A stretch of DNA of 64,000 nt from Patescibacteria group bacterium (lineage in GTDB: Bacteria > Patescibacteriota > Minisyncoccia > UBA6257 > 1-14-0-10-40-38). Below are positions 8,419-18,614 of this stretch, in pieces. A program made the translations under genes and the position numbers. The stretch lies in assembly GCA_038064975.1 (NCBI GenBank), contig JBBTRX010000002.1, positions 64,880-128,879 of the forward strand. Direction: 5' to 3'. Under the pieces are notes generated by a model. It did not search any database. It was not told where the DNA came from and worked only from the letters and a program-made list of their open reading frames with translations. Positions within the stretch are counted from its first letter, which is position 1. Each line of letters starts with the position of its first letter.

Positions 8419-11181
8419 TTACCACGCCTCCACCATTAAAAATGATTTCTGTTTTTCCCCAGCGAAGAGTTTTTGATATACCGCCTCCGTAACAAAAGGC
8501 ATAAAGGGATGGAGAAGTTTTATACATCCCAAGAAAATATCTTTTAGCATAGCAAGCGCCGCAGCTTTTTCCTGACTGTTTCCATTCTGGAGAGCAGGCT
8601 TTACTTGTTCAATAACAATGTCCGCAAACGTGTGCCATATATAGTGATAGCTTTCATTGGCCGCCTCGTGTAGTTCAAATGCCTCAATTTTCTCCGTAAC
8701 GAGTTTCTTAATATCGTTAAATCCGTCGTAATACGCTTGATATTCCTTCGGCATCTTTACTGACCGAGAAAGAGTTGGATCGTCATACATAGAAATAAAA
8801 CGTGCGATATTCCAAATCTTGGTCGCAAAGTTTCGATATCCGCGGATTTTGTCTTCAGAAAGTTTTATATCGTTTCCCGGCGCGGCACCCACAATAAGCG
8901 AAAGACGCGTCGCATCAGCTCCGTATTTATCCGCCATCTCTAATGGATCAATGCCATTTCCAAGTGATTTAGACATCTTTCTTCCCTTTTCATCACGCAC
9001 AAGCCCATGGAGATATACCGTCTTAAAGGGAACATCACCAATAAGAAATCCGGTCATAAGAATCATGCGCGCAATCCAGAAAAATAAAATATCGTATCCT
9101 GTTTCCAAAACACTTGTCGGATGAAATCCTTTTAAGTCTGCCGTTTTTTCGGGCCATCCGAGAGTTGAGAGCGTCCACAGCCCGGAAGAGAACCACGTGT
9201 CCAACGTGTCGGAGTCTTGGAGAAAAAGATGGTTACCGCATTTTTTACATTCCTCTAAAATATCGAATTGAATCGTTTCAGTGTTTTTTAGTGCAGATCC
9301 TGACAACGCCTGTTCTGGTGTCCAATTGTTAATCCTCTTCATAAGCATGCGGATTGTTCCGCCATGTGTCATGATGACAACGTTTTTGTGAGCATGCTTC
9401 TTTTTGTGACGCTCAAATGCCTCCACTACCCGATCTTCGAGTTGTTTATAGCTTTCGTCGTTTTCAATATTTATGTCATATCCAAACCTATCCTGATATT
9501 TCGCGATCATTTCTTCTTTTAGCATTCCCTCATATCCCCCATGATTTCTTTCGCGAAAACCTTTTTCATATATAATTTCTGCTCCGGTTACTTCGTGTAT
9601 TATTTCTGCAGTTTCTTTCGCGCGTTTAAGATCCGAACTTATAATGAGATCAATATTTTGATTTTTCAGCGCATGAGCCATTTCCCGCGCCTGTTCTCTT
9701 CCTTTTTCATTTAAGGAAGTATCCAGCCAGCCCTGTTGTCTTCCTTCTTTATTAAAATCAGTTTCTCCATGCCGAGCAAAAAACCATTTCCCCTTTCTTA
9801 GGGGGTTAATTTTTTCGTCTTTACAGCTAGTGCAGTACCACGCCGGAATCCGATGCCCATACCAAAGTTGGCGCGAGATGCACCAGTCGCGAAGATTTTC
9901 TATCCAATGGAAATAGGTCTTATCAAAATGTTCGGGAATGATTTTAATCTGCCCGCTCTTCACTACCTGAAGCATCATTTCTTTAAGCGTCACCATCTCC
10001 CCTTTCTTAATGCCTTGCAGCTTATCCGTTTTCGCTTCGAATTTTTTATTCACGTCCACAAACCACTGACGCATAATTTGCGGCTCAATAATTCCCCCAC
10101 CCCGTGTTGAAACAGTAACGCGATGCGCGTATTCCTCATCAACTTTCACGAGCAATTTTTTTTCTTTTAATTTCTCAACAATAGCAGGACGGGCTTTCGT
10201 GATATGCATTCCCGCAAATTCCCCGGCAATGGGGAGCAGTTTCCCTTTAAGATCAATAATTTGTTCTTTATCCAGGTTATGTCGTTCCGCGATTTCAAAA
10301 TCCATCGCATCGTGCCAGGGCGTAATCGTCATCACGCCAGTTCCGAATTCCGGATCAGCGGCCTCATCTTTAATAATCGTCGCCGTTATTCTTCCGTTGA
10401 TCCATTCAACTTCAAGTGTTTCGCCGTGTTTATATTTCGCATACCGTTCATCGTTCGGATGCATAACAACGTATTTATCTCCGAATTTCGTCTCCGGCCG
10501 GGCAGTACCGATAACAAAGGGGCCGTACTGTATATAATAGAAGACGCTTTTTTCATCCTTCCATTCCACCTCGTCATCAGAAACCGTGGTTTGCAGTTTC
10601 GGATCCCAATTCACGATTCTATCACCGCGATAGATGAGTCCGGCCTCGTGCATTTCTTTAAACGCAGTTTTGACCGCAAGACTTCGCGATTCATCAAGAG
10701 TAAACGCTTCGCGCGACCAATCTAAAGACGCTCCTAATCGTTTCATCTGATGCACGATAGTGTCATGACTTGCGCTCGCAAATTCTTCCACCTGTTTTAA
10801 AAATGTCTCGCGCCCCAGATCATGACGGGTTTTCTTTTCTTTTTTATAGAGCTCCTTCTCCACTTTTTCCTGCGTTGCAATTGCGGCATGGTCCGTACCA
10901 GGAATCCACAAGGTCTTAGCCCCACTCATACGCCGGTAACGGATAATAATGTCTTCTACCGCAATCATAGCTGCGTGTCCCATATGGAGCGTCCCCGTTA
11001 CGTTCGGCGGAGGAAGCACAATAGAGAAAGCTTCTTTATGCTTCCCCGGAAGTTTGTCCGGATTAAAAAAACCGGATTCTTCCCAGTTCCGATAAATAGC
11101 ATCTTCATGCGCTTTCGGGTCGTATGTTTTCTCGAATTCGGAATTCATATATATACTGCTTACTTTGTGTTCCTTCATCAT
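8419..11181 (-). CDS. valS: Valine--tRNA ligase with inserted histidine phosphatase domain
   Basis: PPPNVTGTLHMGH, DWCISRQLWYGH, KMSKS; RHG domain inserted at ~9255-9790. Confidence 0.96.
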   Translation of the reverse strand: MMKEHKVSSIYMNSEFEKTYDPKAHEDAIYRNWEESGFFNPDKLPGKHKEAFSIVLPPPNVTGTLHMGHAAMIAVEDIIIRYRRMSGAKTLWIPGTDHAAIATQEKVEKELYKKEKKTRHDLGRETFLKQVEEFASASHDTIVHQMKRLGASLDWSREAFTLDESRSLAVKTAFKEMHEAGLIYRGDRIVNWDPKLQTTVSDDEVEWKDEKSVFYYIQYGPFVIGTARPETKFGDKYVVMHPNDERYAKYKHGETLEVEWINGRITATIIKDEAADPEFGTGVMTITPWHDAMDFEIAERHNLDKEQIIDLKGKLLPIAGEFAGMHITKARPAIVEKLKEKKLLVKVDEEYAHRVTVSTRGGGIIEPQIMRQWFVDVNKKFEAKTDKLQGIKKGEMVTLKEMMLQVVKSGQIKIIPEHFDKTYFHWIENLRDWCISRQLWYGHRIPAWYCTSCKDEKINPLRKGKWFFARHGETDFNKEGRQQGWLDTSLNEKGREQAREMAHALKNQNIDLIISSDLKRAKETAEIIHEVTGAEIIYEKGFRERNHGGYEGMLKEEMIAKYQDRFGYDINIENDESYKQLEDRVVEAFERHKKKHAHKNVVIMTHGGTIRMLMKRINNWTPEQALSGSALKNTETIQFDILEECKKCGNHLFLQDSDTLDTWFSSGLWTLSTLGWPEKTADLKGFHPTSVLETGYDILFFWIARMILMTGFLIGDVPFKTVYLHGLVRDEKGRKMSKSLGNGIDPLEMADKYGADATRLSLIVGAAPGNDIKLSEDKIRGYRNFATKIWNIARFISMYDDPTLSRSVKMPKEYQAYYDGFNDIKKLVTEKIEAFELHEAANESYHYIWHTFADIVIEQVKPALQNGNSQEKAAALAMLKDIFLGCIKLLHPFMPFVTEAVYQKLFAGEKQKSFLMVEAW

Positions 11182-11242
11182 AGCTAAAGAACGGGTGTTT
11201 TGACAAAAAAGGCTCCCGATGGAATCGGGAGCGTTCTCGCGG

Positions 11243-12085
11243 TTACGACGGCGTTCCAGCAGTCGTGAGGTGGCGATCGTAGCCTATGGAGCGGTAGATC
11301 TCATCTGCCTTTTCTTGCATGCCAAGCTCTTGAAGCGCATCTGCTTCTTCGCGTTTCCATCCGCCCTGGCGCGCAACACGCAAGCTCTTCTGAAAGTATT
11401 CATTGGCAACGTTCGGGTCATATTCAGGATTTTCTGGAGTGTTGTACAAGCGTCCGAGCCGTACAAGTTGAGCGGGCAAAGCATATTGATAGTATTGCTC
11501 TGCGCGATCACATGCTTCTCTAAGAAGCTCCCTTGCTACACGCCAACTTTTTTCATCGAGAGCAATCCGCGCAAGATCACCCAGAATAGTTACCTCACGC
11601 TCTTTGAATTGCGCATCTTGCGCAATCTCCATCGCACGACGATATGCGCGCTTCGCCTCAGATAAATTACCTTCAGTGTGAAAGTAATTTCCCAAACTTG
11701 CATAGCAATTCGCAGCAACAATAAGAACTTCGCGAGAATTATCTTCTCTAAGTATTCTCGTTATGACGATAACAGACTCATCAATGAGAATACGTGCTCT
11801 TTCCAAACTTCCTTTCTCCGTATGAAGAAGTAAGTAGCCCCATTTGCGCAGAACATCAGCGAGAACGAGATGCTCTCCTAGTGCTCGCGCCCTTTTCTCT
11901 GCAAGACGAAACATTGTAAACGAGTCAGCTGTCCGACCCATATCTACATAAATATGGGCGAGTAGCAGACACAATTTTGGCGTACATAGCCTGGTCGGAA
12001 CGAAATCAATGTAGAATCCCAAAACTTTGGCGACGATATATCGCACGCCCTTGTTATTACGAAGGTGTTGAATTCTTTCGAACAC
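11243..12085 (-). CDS. Tetratricopeptide-repeat-like protein
   Basis: Helical TPR-like repeats; GTG start at 12085 after AAGGAGG; terminator at ~11205-11235. Confidence 0.7.
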   Translation of the reverse strand: MFERIQHLRNNKGVRYIVAKVLGFYIDFVPTRLCTPKLCLLLAHIYVDMGRTADSFTMFRLAEKRARALGEHLVLADVLRKWGYLLLHTEKGSLERARILIDESVIVITRILREDNSREVLIVAANCYASLGNYFHTEGNLSEAKRAYRRAMEIAQDAQFKEREVTILGDLARIALDEKSWRVARELLREACDRAEQYYQYALPAQLVRLGRLYNTPENPEYDPNVANEYFQKSLRVARQGGWKREEADALQELGMQEKADEIYRSIGYDRHLTTAGTPS

Positions 12086-12166
12086 GTCATCCTCCTTGGT
12101 TGGAAAAGTACTGAAACCGTCGAAAATAATACAACGTTTTTTAAATAAATACAACCACTAAGAAGA

Positions 12167-13333
12167 TTAGAGACTCAAGCTCGCGTCAGCTTCCAAAGGA
12201 TACGTATTCTTCCGCAAGACCCCCATATATGCAGCAGCCGCAATCATTGCCGCATTATCAGTATTAAATTCAAACTCAGGAGCGAAAAAAGTTTTCTTTT
12301 CACGCAACGCTTCTTCAACTAACCGTTCCCGAAGGGGCTTATTTGCAGCAACGCCTCCGCAGAGAATAATAGATTTTGCATCATATTCTTTTGCAGCTCG
12401 CATAGTTTTACCCACGAGCACATCAATCACCGCCTTTTGAAATGAAGCGGCGACATCAGCAGCTAGGGTATGGGGTATAGATTTTTTATCATCGCCTTCT
12501 CCCAATTCTCCTGTATGCGTAAACCCTCGATCTCGCAGATAGTAGAGGACCGATGTTTTAAGACCGGAAAAACTGAATTCATAATTTTTATCTTGGAGCA
12601 TGGGACGCGGAAATTGAATCGCTGTAGCATTTCCTTTCTCAGCAAGTTTTTGAATCTCCGGCCCGCCAGGGTATGGAAGTTTTAGCATCCGAGCTACTTT
12701 ATCAAACACTTCTCCGGCAGCGTCATCCCGTGTCTCGCCAAGTTTTTCCCAACTCGTAAATGAATCCATCTTAAGAAGAATGGTATGCCCACCGCTTACT
12801 ACGAGTACGACTGCGGGAAACACATTGTTGAGATTTGAGATTTGAGATTTTACAGCTTCTTTTTGAGATTGCAAAAGGAAGCTGTAAAGGTGCCCTTCCA
12901 TATGATTTGCACCAACTACAGGAATGTTTTGTTCAACGCTAAGTTTTTTAGCAAATTCAATCCCCGTCCAAAGCGCGGGCTCAAGCCCTGGACCGACCGT
13001 CACGGCTATTAAATCGAAAGGTGATGGGTTGATGGGTTGATGGGTTGATGGGTTTGATTTTTTAACTGTAGACGGATGTCGTAACTCATTAACTGTAGCT
13101 TTTGCGTGACTGTTTAACTTTTGAAGAATCTCCTCGTAAATAATAGGGAGATTCTTCAGATGCTCTCGTTTCGCAAGATTTGGAACTACACCACCGAATG
13201 GACGGTGGATCTCAATCTGCGAAGAAACAATATTTTGCAGAATAGTAAATTGCGGATTTTCTAAGCTTCCACTCGCTTCAACGTACGCAAAAGCAGTCTC
13301 ATCGCAACTAGTTTCAATAGCAAGAATACGCAT
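12167..13333 (-). CDS. tsaD: tRNA N6-threonylcarbamoyladenosine synthesis protein TsaD
   Basis: ILAIETSCDET, GPGL, HMEGH, SGGHT, DDAAGE, DNAAMI. Confidence 0.96.
   Translation of the reverse strand: MRILAIETSCDETAFAYVEASGSLENPQFTILQNIVSSQIEIHRPFGGVVPNLAKREHLKNLPIIYEEILQKLNSHAKATVNELRHPSTVKKSNPSTHQPINPSPFDLIAVTVGPGLEPALWTGIEFAKKLSVEQNIPVVGANHMEGHLYSFLLQSQKEAVKSQISNLNNVFPAVVLVVSGGHTILLKMDSFTSWEKLGETRDDAAGEVFDKVARMLKLPYPGGPEIQKLAEKGNATAIQFPRPMLQDKNYEFSFSGLKTSVLYYLRDRGFTHTGELGEGDDKKSIPHTLAADVAASFQKAVIDVLVGKTMRAAKEYDAKSIILCGGVAANKPLRERLVEEALREKKTFFAPEFEFNTDNAAMIAAAAYMGVLRKNTYPLEADASLSL
13022..13058. repeat. 8-bp tandem repeat (GATGGGTT)n inside tsaD
   Basis: About 4 copies, translated in frame as NPSTHQPINPSP. 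Confidence 0.8.
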
Positions 13334-13342
13334 ACCGTTGAT

Positions 13343-13951
13343 TTACCGCATCTTACTGGAAGCCATCACCTGATCTTTACCGCTCTTCTTTGCGTGATAC
13401 ATCGCTTGGTCCGCTCGCTTAACGAGATCAGTAATAGATTCCTTACCATTAAACGATGCGACGCCGACACTCACTGTCACTTTCCAATTTTTATCCTTAG
13501 GAATAACCACGCGACTTTTAATCGCTTTACGAATCTCTTCTGCTTTCTGGATGCTATCTCGTTCTCCCGCTCCTACGAGTGCCGCCACCATCTCTTCACC
13601 ACCGAACCGTGCAACAAAATCAGCATTGCGGATTTTATCGCGAATAATACCTGATACGAATTTTAAAATCTTGTCGCCAATTTCATGGCCAAACGTATCA
13701 TTAATTTTTTTAAAGTTATCAATGTCAAAAAACAAAACCGTAAGCGAATCAATAAAATAATGTTCGCGCTTCGTATTTTCCTTATTCAGAATCCACCTAA
13801 TATCTACAGCGAGCTTTTCCGCGAGCTCCATAAATCCTCGGCGGTTGAGCAATCCTGTGAGCGGATCTTTCGTAACAGCGTTTTCCAATACGCGAATGCG
13901 TACATCACGGTCCCGAATTTCTTTTTTCAGTTTTTTAAGTTCTTCAGTCAT
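13343..13951 (-). CDS. GGDEF diguanylate cyclase
   Basis: DPLTGLLNRR, DIDNFKKINDTFGH, RxxD I-site, GGEEM active site. Confidence 0.92.
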   Translation of the reverse strand: MTEELKKLKKEIRDRDVRIRVLENAVTKDPLTGLLNRRGFMELAEKLAVDIRWILNKENTKREHYFIDSLTVLFFDIDNFKKINDTFGHEIGDKILKFVSGIIRDKIRNADFVARFGGEEMVAALVGAGERDSIQKAEEIRKAIKSRVVIPKDKNWKVTVSVGVASFNGKESITDLVKRADQAMYHAKKSGKDQVMASSKMR

Positions 13952-13975
13952 GATAAATTGTTTTGTTTTAAGAGT

Positions 13976-14101
13976 GTGCTCCCAAGGGGAGTCTCACGTC
14001 GCTTCACTCTTTAAAAACCGTCGGTTTTTAATATTTTCCTCCACGGGAGGAACCCGGCAGCTTTCCTCCCGACCCCTCCTTCGTTCGATTCTCTCTTGGG
14101 A
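13976..14101 (-). repeat. tRNA-anchored element, core type 2, downstream of tRNA-Glu
   Basis: GTGCTCCCAAGGGGA duplicate (13976-13990), core with TTAAAAACCGTCGGTTTTTAA, inverted T-arm copy at 14083-14101. Confidence 0.9.
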
Positions 14102-14170
14102 TGATTTGCGTTCATATTATTATTCTAAACTGAAAACTCTTCAACTCATCAACGGTTCAACTGTGTTCGG

Positions 14171-14242
14171 TGCTCCCAAGGGGAATCGAACCCCTCTTTC
14201 AAGGATGAAAACCTTGTGTCCTGACCACTAGACGATGGGAGC
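14171..14242 (-). tRNA. tRNA-Glu(TTC)
   Basis: GCTCCCA...TGGGAGCA; anticodon arm CAAGG-TT-TTC-AT-CCTTG. Confidence 0.93.
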
Positions 14243-14291
14243 GGTGTGGATAATCCGTGAAGTTCCCATACTATAATATGGTACACTCCAA

Positions 14292-14585
14292 TTGACAAGA
14301 AATATGAGCCAAAAACGCATTTGGGGCATTCTAAGCCTCGTTATCCTTATTGCCGCTATTGCCCTAGCGGTGTATTGGAAGCAAAACCAGCTTATCCGGG
14401 AGAAACGATCAGAGATTAATGAAGAGCAGAAATTGATTGAAAGTTTGAGCAAATCATTAGATGAAAGCTCAATTTCCGGAATTGATATTCCGACCACAAA
14501 TCCGTTAGGAGAAGTTACGTCTGAAACAAATCCATTGGAAAATACCAATCCTTTTGATGAGCAGTATGAAAACCCGTTTCAGTAA
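14292..14585 (+). CDS. Hypothetical single-TM protein
   Basis: N-terminal TM segment, C-terminal NP(F/L) repeats. Confidence 0.6.
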   Translation: MTRNMSQKRIWGILSLVILIAAIALAVYWKQNQLIREKRSEINEEQKLIESLSKSLDESSISGIDIPTTNPLGEVTSETNPLENTNPFDEQYENPFQ

Positions 14586-16050
14586 GCTAGTTCTTATTTT
14601 CGGTATTTTGATTTTAAACATAGGTTTCGCATCTGCGGCATCCGCGCAACAAACGCCATCCGTTTCATTCCCCATCGCTGAACTCGGTGATTGTTCTGAT
14701 ACTTCAGAATGCAAAATATATTGCAACGCGGCTGGACATCAATTAGCATGCACCGCTTTTGCCGAACGAAATCATCTAAAGGTAGTATCTCCCGAGCATG
14801 AAGCAAAACTTTATGCCGTCGCCGCTGACGGCGGCCCCAATGGAACGTGCGGGTTTGAAGAAAATCCGATCAAAGCATGTGGGTCATTTTGTGCTTCGGC
14901 AGATAATCTGCCCACATGTGTGGACTATGGCGAAAAGCACGGACTCCTCACAGGGGAACGTTTGAACGAAGCACGCAAAGTACGAGACGCAGTGCGAAGC
15001 GGTATTCCCCTTCCAAAGGGATGCACCGATGCCACGTCTTGCGAAAAATTGTGCAAGCGCCCAGAAAATCTTGAAGTGATGCGCTCATGTTTCTCATTCG
15101 CAGAATCAGCGGGCATATTACCTACAAACATCACGCGAGAAAAGGCGGAAAAAATGTTTGATTTAATCCAGAAAGGATTCGCATTTTTTAAATCCGTAAA
15201 AGATTTTGATCGCTGCGAAGATCCTAAAGACGCAGACACACTTGAACGCTGTATCGCATTTGGAATAGAAAGCGGCGTTATCACTGAAACCCAAGCAGAA
15301 GCAATTAAAAAATCTGGAGGTAAAAGGCCTGGCGCGTGTGCCAATAAACAAGAATGCGAACGCTACTGCAACAGTGCGGAGCATGAGGACGAATGCTATC
15401 GCTTCGCGATAGAACACAACTTACTCTCCCACGAAGACATGCAAAAACTTAATGAAGGAACAACGAGAATTCGCGAAGGATTACAACAAGCTTCTCCCGA
15501 AGCGTCCGCGTGTCTTCGCGCCGCAATCGGCTCTGAAAAATTTGATAATATTGTGGCGGGAATAGAAATTCCTCCACGCGAACTCGTGGAAAAGATGAAG
15601 CTTTGTCTCACAACAGGAACTATAGAAGAATATAAACGGCCGCCGCTTCCTGCGGCAATAGAGAAATGTTTAGAAGAGCGCGGGACGTTGGAACAATTCA
15701 AAACACATATGGGACCGTTTACCGAAACCATGCGCCGCATGATGGAATCATGCTCTACCGTACGGACGCAAACCAACGACACTCCATTCAATGACCAAGG
15801 AATCCGACAACAAACCATACCGCAAGAAAAAGAACTTATAATACCTAAAGAATTCAACGAAGATTCGACGCTCTATGATATTTATGAAGCTGATACTAAC
15901 GAAGAATTATTACAACTTAAATTTAAATGCAGCTCAGTAGGAGGACTTTGGAAAAATGACACCTGTCTCGTGAAAAAAAATCCTCAATCATTACTTCTCC
16001 CCCCTTCCCTACAAGAATTTTTGGGGAATCTGTTCTCCATTCTGAAATAA
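14554..16050 (+). CDS. Secreted cysteine-rich repeat protein
   Basis: Signal peptide; repeated C-x5-C-x3-C-x7/8-C units. Confidence 0.7.
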   Translation: MMSSMKTRFSKLVLIFGILILNIGFASAASAQQTPSVSFPIAELGDCSDTSECKIYCNAAGHQLACTAFAERNHLKVVSPEHEAKLYAVAADGGPNGTCGFEENPIKACGSFCASADNLPTCVDYGEKHGLLTGERLNEARKVRDAVRSGIPLPKGCTDATSCEKLCKRPENLEVMRSCFSFAESAGILPTNITREKAEKMFDLIQKGFAFFKSVKDFDRCEDPKDADTLERCIAFGIESGVITETQAEAIKKSGGKRPGACANKQECERYCNSAEHEDECYRFAIEHNLLSHEDMQKLNEGTTRIREGLQQASPEASACLRAAIGSEKFDNIVAGIEIPPRELVEKMKLCLTTGTIEEYKRPPLPAAIEKCLEERGTLEQFKTHMGPFTETMRRMMESCSTVRTQTNDTPFNDQGIRQQTIPQEKELIIPKEFNEDSTLYDIYEADTNEELLQLKFKCSSVGGLWKNDTCLVKKNPQSLLLPPSLQEFLGNLFSILK

Positions 16051-16112
16051 AGAACTCCCTCAACATTCAAGCTTTTTCTGTATTCTAGGTTCTATTTTCT
16101 AGCTTCTAGATT

Positions 16113-16367
16113 CTAGTTCGTTGCCCACTCCTTCAGGTCGTCATATGAGGTTGATCCGCAAATAAACTTTTTTGTTTCCGTATTGAAAAAGAAGGGTACC
16201 CCTCCACAAAGGCCGATATCATACTCCTCCATTTTCTTCGCGTTCTCCGGATTGTGCCACGTCTCATATTGCCCAACTTCTATGTGAAGCTCGGACTTTA
16301 ACCGATCAACAAGCGGCGCCATAGTCACACAGTGCGGGCATTCACGCCCATAAAATTCTAAAAGCAT
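16113..16367 (-). CDS. Thioredoxin/glutaredoxin-like protein
   Basis: CPHC active site, GVP cis-Pro motif. Confidence 0.85.
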   Translation of the reverse strand: MLLEFYGRECPHCVTMAPLVDRLKSELHIEVGQYETWHNPENAKKMEEYDIGLCGGVPFFFNTETKKFICGSTSYDDLKEWATN

Positions 16368-16410
16368 AGGACTATCATAACTAAAATAGGCGAAAAAACA
16401 TAAGAAAATG

Positions 16411-16482
16411 TGCCCTCGGAGGGAATCGAACCCCCACCTTCTGGTTCGAAGCCAGATATGATATCCATTTCACCACAAGGGC
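16411..16482 (-). tRNA. tRNA-Arg(TCG)
   Basis: Anticodon arm TCTGG-CT-TCG-AA-CCAGA, T-loop GTTCGATTC. Confidence 0.92.
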
Positions 16483-16734
16483 AGCTAACCATTTTTTCGA
16501 AAAAACCACTTTTTCACTATACCCCTCATTCTAGCTTCCTGCAATGCCAAAAAGCCCTTATTTTAAGCCATTTTTAGCCCTTTTCCTTGACAAACGGGTT
16601 CCAATCTGCTAGACTGTCTGTACAACTTAATAGTGAAGAAGTCGAAAGTACTATGATCCCGAAGCGGGGTTTTTTATTGGCTAGGGGTAAATGCACCGCA
16701 CACAAGCAGTGCCATACACCATCTAGTTATATCT

Positions 16735-17190
16735 ATGAAATTATCCGCACTCTTTGCACTGATTTCTGCCTTTCAGATAGCCGTTGCCGCAGCTCCTGCA
16801 GTGGGTCCTGTCGCGCAAACATCAGAATCGCTCTTCAACATAACGTCATTCATCGCGCAGTCTCCGTTTGAAGATAATCGACAAACGATGACCGCAACGA
16901 TTACCGCATATTCGTCTACTCCAGACCAAACCGACGATACGCCGTGCATCACGGCGAGCGGATACGATGTATGTGAAAATCCTTATAATAGAAATGTAGT
17001 AGCTGCAAACTTCGTTCCTATCGGAACTAAGATGCAGATTCCGGCATTGTTCGGAGATAAAGTCTTCACGGTAGAAGACAGAATGCATGAACGATTCAAT
17101 GACCGCATTGACGTATGGTTTCCGGATCGGTCTTCCGCAAAGAAATTCGGAAAACAAAGTGAAGTTACCGTCATAGTATTTGAAGGATAA
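16735..17190 (+). CDS. 3D-domain (MltA-like) cell wall protein
   Basis: Signal peptide; TAYSS...TASG, VEDR, RIDVW. Confidence 0.88.
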   Translation: MKLSALFALISAFQIAVAAAPAVGPVAQTSESLFNITSFIAQSPFEDNRQTMTATITAYSSTPDQTDDTPCITASGYDVCENPYNRNVVAANFVPIGTKMQIPALFGDKVFTVEDRMHERFNDRIDVWFPDRSSAKKFGKQSEVTVIVFEG

Positions 17191-17250
17191 ATCATTATCA
17201 AAAACACCTCGCACATGCGAGGTGTTTTTGTGCTGCAACGCAAAAACCAT

Positions 17251-17763
17251 TTACGCGTTGTTATGCAGCGCCTTTAGCTTCTCGAGCCCCCGGTGCGTTT
17301 GCACGGCAAGAGCGTTTCGCGATTGCCCGACAATAAGAGCCATTTCTTTGAGTGATAAGTCTTGTATATACCGCATGCGCATTACTTTCTGATATTTTTC
17401 GGGAAGGCGCTGGATTAAAATAAGTGTTTCTTTTCTGTCTAAGCTACTAAGCAGGCGTTCGGGATTTGGGTTGCTCGGCTCAAATCCTTTTTCCAAGAGA
17501 ACATCCAGCGAGAGTGTTTTGCGCTTCCGATATTCATCCACAATGAGATTATTCAAAATGTGATAGAGAAAGGCTTTCATAGTATTAATCTTCCCTCCTC
17601 GCACCAAATAAGCCCATGTTTTAACAAACGTCGTCTGCACTAAATCCTCCCCCATCGCGTGGTCATGGAGTTTGAAAAATGCATGTGCGTTAAGACCCTT
17701 CTCGTAGTCGTGGTGAGCTACGGTAAGTAGTGCTTGTTGTTTTGTCTTATTTTTACGATCCAT
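17251..17763 (-). CDS. ECF-type RNA polymerase sigma factor
   Basis: EDLVQTTFVK, FLYHILNNLIVD, region-4 HTH; ATG at 17763. Confidence 0.88.
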   Translation of the reverse strand: MDRKNKTKQQALLTVAHHDYEKGLNAHAFFKLHDHAMGEDLVQTTFVKTWAYLVRGGKINTMKAFLYHILNNLIVDEYRKRKTLSLDVLLEKGFEPSNPNPERLLSSLDRKETLILIQRLPEKYQKVMRMRYIQDLSLKEMALIVGQSRNALAVQTHRGLEKLKALHNNA

Positions 17764-18014
17764 ATCTTTTAAAACCAAATTGAAAGCGCCTTCATTACAT
17801 GAGCATTACAGCCACACCGTGACCCCCATAATAACTACAAATAACGGAGACGTGTCCGTTTCCATTCACCTGGGGAGGAGGGGCTTTCTTCACTACATCG
17901 CCATTACGTATAAGAGATACTGAACCCAAGGAGGAGTTGCTCGCGCCCTACTATAACACGCCGAGCGCTATAAACGAGTTGTAATAACTTACGCTCTTGT
18001 AAAGGCTTATAACT

Positions 18015-18572
18015 ATGGACACACCAATCAAAAACGGAGGAACCAATTTTTTTGACCGCTTATGGGAAGAAAGCTGGACCTACATCAAAACAGTGGTAGA
18101 TGTAGTGCGAGAACCGGTTTTAATCCTTAATAAGGATTTGTGTATTATGGCTGCAAATGAACCTTTCTATGAAATGTTCCAAGTGGGACAAAAAGACACC
18201 GAGAAAAAATTAATCTATGAACTCGGAAATGGCCAGTGGGATATTCCTGCCTTGAGAAAACTCCTTGAAGATATTCTTCCAAAAAGCACTTTCTTTAAAG
18301 GGTTTGAAGTGGATCACGAGTTTCCCTTTATTGGACGCAAAATAATAATTTTAAACGCCCGTCAAATCCATAAAGGCGGCTCGAGCGGATCAGTCTTTCC
18401 TCCTATTATATTACTCGCCATGGAAGACGTTACCGAGATGATGAATGTTGCCGAAACGCTCGCAACCCACACAAACCAATTTGAAGCAAAGCTCATGGAC
18501 CGGACAGGGGCCTTAGAGATTCAGATCGGGAAATTAGAGAAAGAAATTATCGCACTTAAAAAGAAAGTTTAG
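18015..18572 (+). CDS. PAS domain protein with C-terminal coiled coil
   Basis: VREPVLIL...AN..FY...ELGNGQWDIP, like the PAS of CheR/CheB fusions. Confidence 0.8.
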   Translation: MDTPIKNGGTNFFDRLWEESWTYIKTVVDVVREPVLILNKDLCIMAANEPFYEMFQVGQKDTEKKLIYELGNGQWDIPALRKLLEDILPKSTFFKGFEVDHEFPFIGRKIIILNARQIHKGGSSGSVFPPIILLAMEDVTEMMNVAETLATHTNQFEAKLMDRTGALEIQIGKLEKEIIALKKKV

Positions 18573-18614
18573 GCTCCTTAGAGATATCATGAGTCTTCTT
18601 TTTATTTCCATACC

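Noticed and set aside
16587-16734. c-di-AMP riboswitch upstream of the 3D-domain gene
   Set aside because: Only a promoter and short hairpins are visible; ydaO consensus elements not found
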